From the IMG/VR virus record IMGVR_UViG_3300035698_006717, positions 41,410 through 105,409 of that record: DNA of 64,000 nucleotides. One strand, given 5' to 3'. The DNA comes from a virus. Positions 60,754-64,000 of the stretch are shown here, in pieces. The translations under genes were made by a program, and so were the position numbers. Numbering within the stretch: position 1 is the first letter of the stretch; every line of letters begins with the position of its first letter. Under the pieces are notes generated by a model. That model ran no database searches, had not been told where the DNA came from, and saw only the letters and a list, made by a program, of their open reading frames with translations.

Positions 60754-60792
60754 GAGGGAGAGATTACATTAGTAGTCTCTCCTTCTTTAAAT
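60754..60792 (+). terminator. terminator after the MCP gene
   Basis: GAGGGAGAGATTAC-loop-GTAGTCTCTCCTTC followed by TTT. Confidence 0.65.
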
Positions 60793-60825
60793 TATTTTTA
60801 CTTAAGAATGAAACACGGAGATATA

Positions 60826-63189
60826 ATGAAACCTAACGAACCAAAAAGAAGAAGCTCGCGTTTATCATCAAGGCAAGCATCTCGCAGAAAAATGATGCCA
60901 ACTAAAGAAGCTGGCAGTAGCGGTAAGCCAACCTTACGTCCTATCAATAATGTGATGAAGTTTGGAACAAAATCTTCTGTCAATCATGAAGGTGACAGAT
61001 TAGTTATAGAAATACATGAAGATGATATTGACGATATATCCCCTATGGATATTGACAAGTACATTAGCTTATATAAATCTCCTTTGATGAGATTGCCTGA
61101 ATTAACTGGGAATGATGTTAATGATATTTACAAGCTAATACCTGCTAAAAGGAAAATGATACACTTTGCTCTATTTATGAATAATATCCAACACTATAGC
61201 GGTGGAAGATATTATTTGGTATATCTTGCTTATATGTTGGCTCAGATGGGCCATAAGGTTACTGTTGTTTCTGACAAGAAGGCATTTTTCCTAAAAGACT
61301 TTGATCGCATAGATGTTGGTAATAGAGTTGAATGGGTTGTTGCAGAGAAGTGCCGCAAATCTAATTGGTTCCTAAAGGCTACAGAGAATCCTTTTGATAT
61401 AATTATCACTAGCCCTTTGGCTAGCGCTGGGTTCCGTTATGCTATGAATTGGGGCATACCTTGCTATGCAGGAATATTTGAGACTCCTAATTATGTTAGG
61501 AAGTATAGGTATGGTGATGATGCAACAGAAGGATACTGGGCAGCATATAAGAAGGGTATAGCTAATTATGCTCACCGCCTATTTACCATATCTCACGAAT
61601 CTTTGAATCATGCAAAAGAATGGCTTGATGATGATAACATGAAAGTTAAGTTCAAGGGCAAGTTTGATCTTATACAACCTGGAATTAATACTTGGGCTGC
61701 AGATAGTGTAGAGTGTGAAGAGAAGAATGAAGTAGTATTTGTAGGTAGACATGTTGACTTTAAGAACCCAAATGATATCATCTTTGCTATATCAAAAATA
61801 GATGAAGAGATACGTCCTGCTGTTAACTTTGTCGGATCTCATAGCTCCAAGCTAAGAGTTGTAATGGAGAAGAATGCTCAGACAGTAGGAGTCAAAATAC
61901 GCTTTTATGCTAATGTTACTGATGAGGAAAAGTTCTATATCATTAAGCGTTCCAAGCTAATGATTTTTCCGTCAGTATTTGAAGGGTTCGGGATACCACC
62001 TGCAGAAGCTCTATATTGTGGCAAGCCTGCTGTAGTATATGATATTCCAGTTCTTAGAGGCGAATATGGCGATACTTTGGAGTACGTCCCTATCAACGAT
62101 GAGAGCGCCTTATACCTTAAAGTAGAGGAACTACTAAAGGATAAGGAGAAACGGCTGAGATCAGGGCTTAACGGGCGTATGGCGTTCTTTAATAAAGATA
62201 ACCCGATCCCCGTTCTACCTTCGTTTACTAAGAAGCAGTTGAGAAAGGCTTTCTATAATGGTAAAGACCTTTCAATAACTGCTGGTATGATTGTTCTTAA
62301 TGGAGCAGATACTATTGAACTTGCTCTTAAGTCTATATATGATTGTGTAGATAGAATTGTTATTGTTGAAGGAGCTGTTAAGGACTATGCTGATAACAAT
62401 CCTAAACTTCACAATAATTGTAGCAGTATAGATAACACTAAAGAGATACTTGGAAATTTTCCTGATCCATTTAATAAGATAGTTGTTATTACTAGGTCTA
62501 ATGGGAAGTGTTGGAAGAATAAGAATGAGATGCAGAATGCTATAGCAGAAGAAATTGATACTGATCTATATCTTAAGGTAGATGCAGATGAGATATTTAT
62601 TGAACCTGATATAGAATATATGAAAAGATTCTTCATGGAAGATCCAGAGCTTACTGTTATACAGATCCTTAAGCACGAATTTTGGAAGGGTTTGGATATG
62701 GTTGCTTGCGGAGGTATTTGGGATAGGACGCAAGCTAGGATGTGGCGTTGGAATAAATGTTTCCGTCATTCCGTAGATAAGAAGACTGGGTTCAATTACT
62801 TCCTAGATGTAGTAGGTGTTGAAGTAAAGGCCCCGAATTATAAGGCGATGAACCTTGTGGAGAAACTTTGCTACCATCTTGGGTATGCGAGGGATGAAGA
62901 TCAGATTCGTGCTAAGATAAATTATTACAAGAATAGAGGTATTGAGCAAGGCGTTACAGATAACTTCTCTAATTGGGAAATGGGAATGCCGACCAACTCT
63001 ACTCACCCTCAAGGGACTACTGCTAAGACGTTTGATGGTTATCTACCCAAAATTTTAAGGAAGGGGTATTTTGATATCAAGACTGATCTGGAGGTGAAAG
63101 AGAGAGTTGAAAATAATACAAATATGATACATTCTCCTGTCAAGAGAAAAGATATTGGCAAGGAAGTTGAACGTCCTCAGAATCATTAA
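60826..63189 (+). CDS. fused GT4 + GT2-like glycosyltransferase
   Basis: SGGRYY, FVGRH..FKN, PS.FEGFGIPPAEAL; C-half MIVLNG, IVIVEGA, VDADE, HLGY; start moved to after CGGAG. Confidence 0.9.
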   Translation: MKPNEPKRRSSRLSSRQASRRKMMPTKEAGSSGKPTLRPINNVMKFGTKSSVNHEGDRLVIEIHEDDIDDISPMDIDKYISLYKSPLMRLPELTGNDVNDIYKLIPAKRKMIHFALFMNNIQHYSGGRYYLVYLAYMLAQMGHKVTVVSDKKAFFLKDFDRIDVGNRVEWVVAEKCRKSNWFLKATENPFDIIITSPLASAGFRYAMNWGIPCYAGIFETPNYVRKYRYGDDATEGYWAAYKKGIANYAHRLFTISHESLNHAKEWLDDDNMKVKFKGKFDLIQPGINTWAADSVECEEKNEVVFVGRHVDFKNPNDIIFAISKIDEEIRPAVNFVGSHSSKLRVVMEKNAQTVGVKIRFYANVTDEEKFYIIKRSKLMIFPSVFEGFGIPPAEALYCGKPAVVYDIPVLRGEYGDTLEYVPINDESALYLKVEELLKDKEKRLRSGLNGRMAFFNKDNPIPVLPSFTKKQLRKAFYNGKDLSITAGMIVLNGADTIELALKSIYDCVDRIVIVEGAVKDYADNNPKLHNNCSSIDNTKEILGNFPDPFNKIVVITRSNGKCWKNKNEMQNAIAEEIDTDLYLKVDADEIFIEPDIEYMKRFFMEDPELTVIQILKHEFWKGLDMVACGGIWDRTQARMWRWNKCFRHSVDKKTGFNYFLDVVGVEVKAPNYKAMNLVEKLCYHLGYARDEDQIRAKINYYKNRGIEQGVTDNFSNWEMGMPTNSTHPQGTTAKTFDGYLPKILRKGYFDIKTDLEVKERVENNTNMIHSPVKRKDIGKEVERPQNH

Positions 63190-63205
63190 ATTGGAGAAAT
63201 GAAAA

Positions 63206-63676
63206 ATGCCTCTTAAAAGAGCACAATCTGTATACAAATGTTTAAGGGTTAAGAAGGCCAAAAGCCCCTTGAAGTCAAGGTGCAATAAAAAGTTGTCAAA
63301 ACAAGGCAACGGCTTTTTGTGCGATAATTGCCTTATTGAAGCAAAGCAGCATAAGATTCCTATCCTTATGTGCGGCGATGTTGGCAAGATTCTGAACATA
63401 CCTTTTAAGAACCAAGTATACGTATGGTTAGACCTTGCTAATAATAATGTTAGAAGTGAAGATGATGAAGCATCAGAAAAGAAGAGGGAAGTCCAGTCTA
63501 AACTTTGGGATAAGTTAGATGACCTTTCTATGGAGAAGTTGAGAGAGTTTTATGAGTCAGTAGGGTTTCGTAATTGGGACACTTTGGCGTTTAAAAATAG
63601 CAACAGAGAAACTTACAAGTTAAGGTTTGCTGTTACTAAAACTATTGTAAATAAATTTGTAATGGAAGGAAGTTGA
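63206..63676 (+). CDS. hypothetical protein
   Basis: GGAG RBS; CDNC motif. Confidence 0.65.
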   Translation: MPLKRAQSVYKCLRVKKAKSPLKSRCNKKLSKQGNGFLCDNCLIEAKQHKIPILMCGDVGKILNIPFKNQVYVWLDLANNNVRSEDDEASEKKREVQSKLWDKLDDLSMEKLREFYESVGFRNWDTLAFKNSNRETYKLRFAVTKTIVNKFVMEGS

Positions 63677-63678
63677 TT

Positions 63679-64000
63679 ATGTCAATGTCATCAGAAAATT
63701 CGCTTAACAAGAGAATTGCAAATATTGATGAAATAGTTTCTTCTCAAGATATAGTAGAGCGCGGAGCAACGCAAGATGATACTGTTGCACCTCAGACTTT
63801 ATTTCATCTTCACGAAGTAGATCTGAATGTAGCTGGAGCAACTGAGCTCAATATATTCATCGGAGAGCAGATAGTATTTCATAGATCTGTAGCAGCAGCT
63901 GTTGAAATACACGTAGTTGATACTGATGTGTCTACTACAGAGCAAGGCGCTGACTTTAGAATTACTTGTAGTCCTGCTGTCCTTGTTGATGGTACTATTA
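63679..64000 (+). CDS. partial ORF, possible virion protein (runs off the window)
   Basis: GGAAGGA RBS, open frame MSMSSENSLNKRIANIDE... to the window end. Confidence 0.5.
   Translation, partial: MSMSSENSLNKRIANIDEIVSSQDIVERGATQDDTVAPQTLFHLHEVDLNVAGATELNIFIGEQIVFHRSVAAAVEIHVVDTDVSTTEQGADFRITCSPAVLVDGTI

Noticed and set aside
1-64000. Stop-codon reassignment
   Set aside because: Core genes (TerL, portal, MCP, SbcC) are full length under the standard code and all three stops are used

Overview
Segment of a large, AT-rich tailed dsDNA phage genome (HK97-type head genes, standard genetic code, no tRNA or CRISPR seen). Left arm (+ strand, 1-25 kb): SbcD/SbcC, RuvC-like resolvase, M15 endolysin, HGG-motif TerS-like gene, JAB, degenerate UDG and amidoligase genes, then many small early genes behind a repeated sigma70-like promoter. 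Centre: arrays of CA-N(1-2)-TG motifs (23.2-25.6 kb) directly abut a sharply bounded ~1.8 kb island (25.6-27.35 kb) almost free of CA/TG dinucleotides on both strands; it carries two genes and is a candidate genome end / first-injected DNA. Right arm (- strand, 27.6-52.3 kb): small genes, an integron-cassette-like attC array including an EcoRI-family adenine methyltransferase, junction-sharing gene modules, a ~16.5 kb glycan-synthesis cluster (glycosyltransferases, CMP-ulosonate synthetase, aldolase, dehydrogenase, methyl- and sulfotransferases, ACP) and a 5'-3' exonuclease. A divergent + strand head module follows (TerL, portal, protease, scaffold, MCP, then a fused glycosyltransferase). All counts were made by hand and all functional calls come from motif recognition, not database searches.
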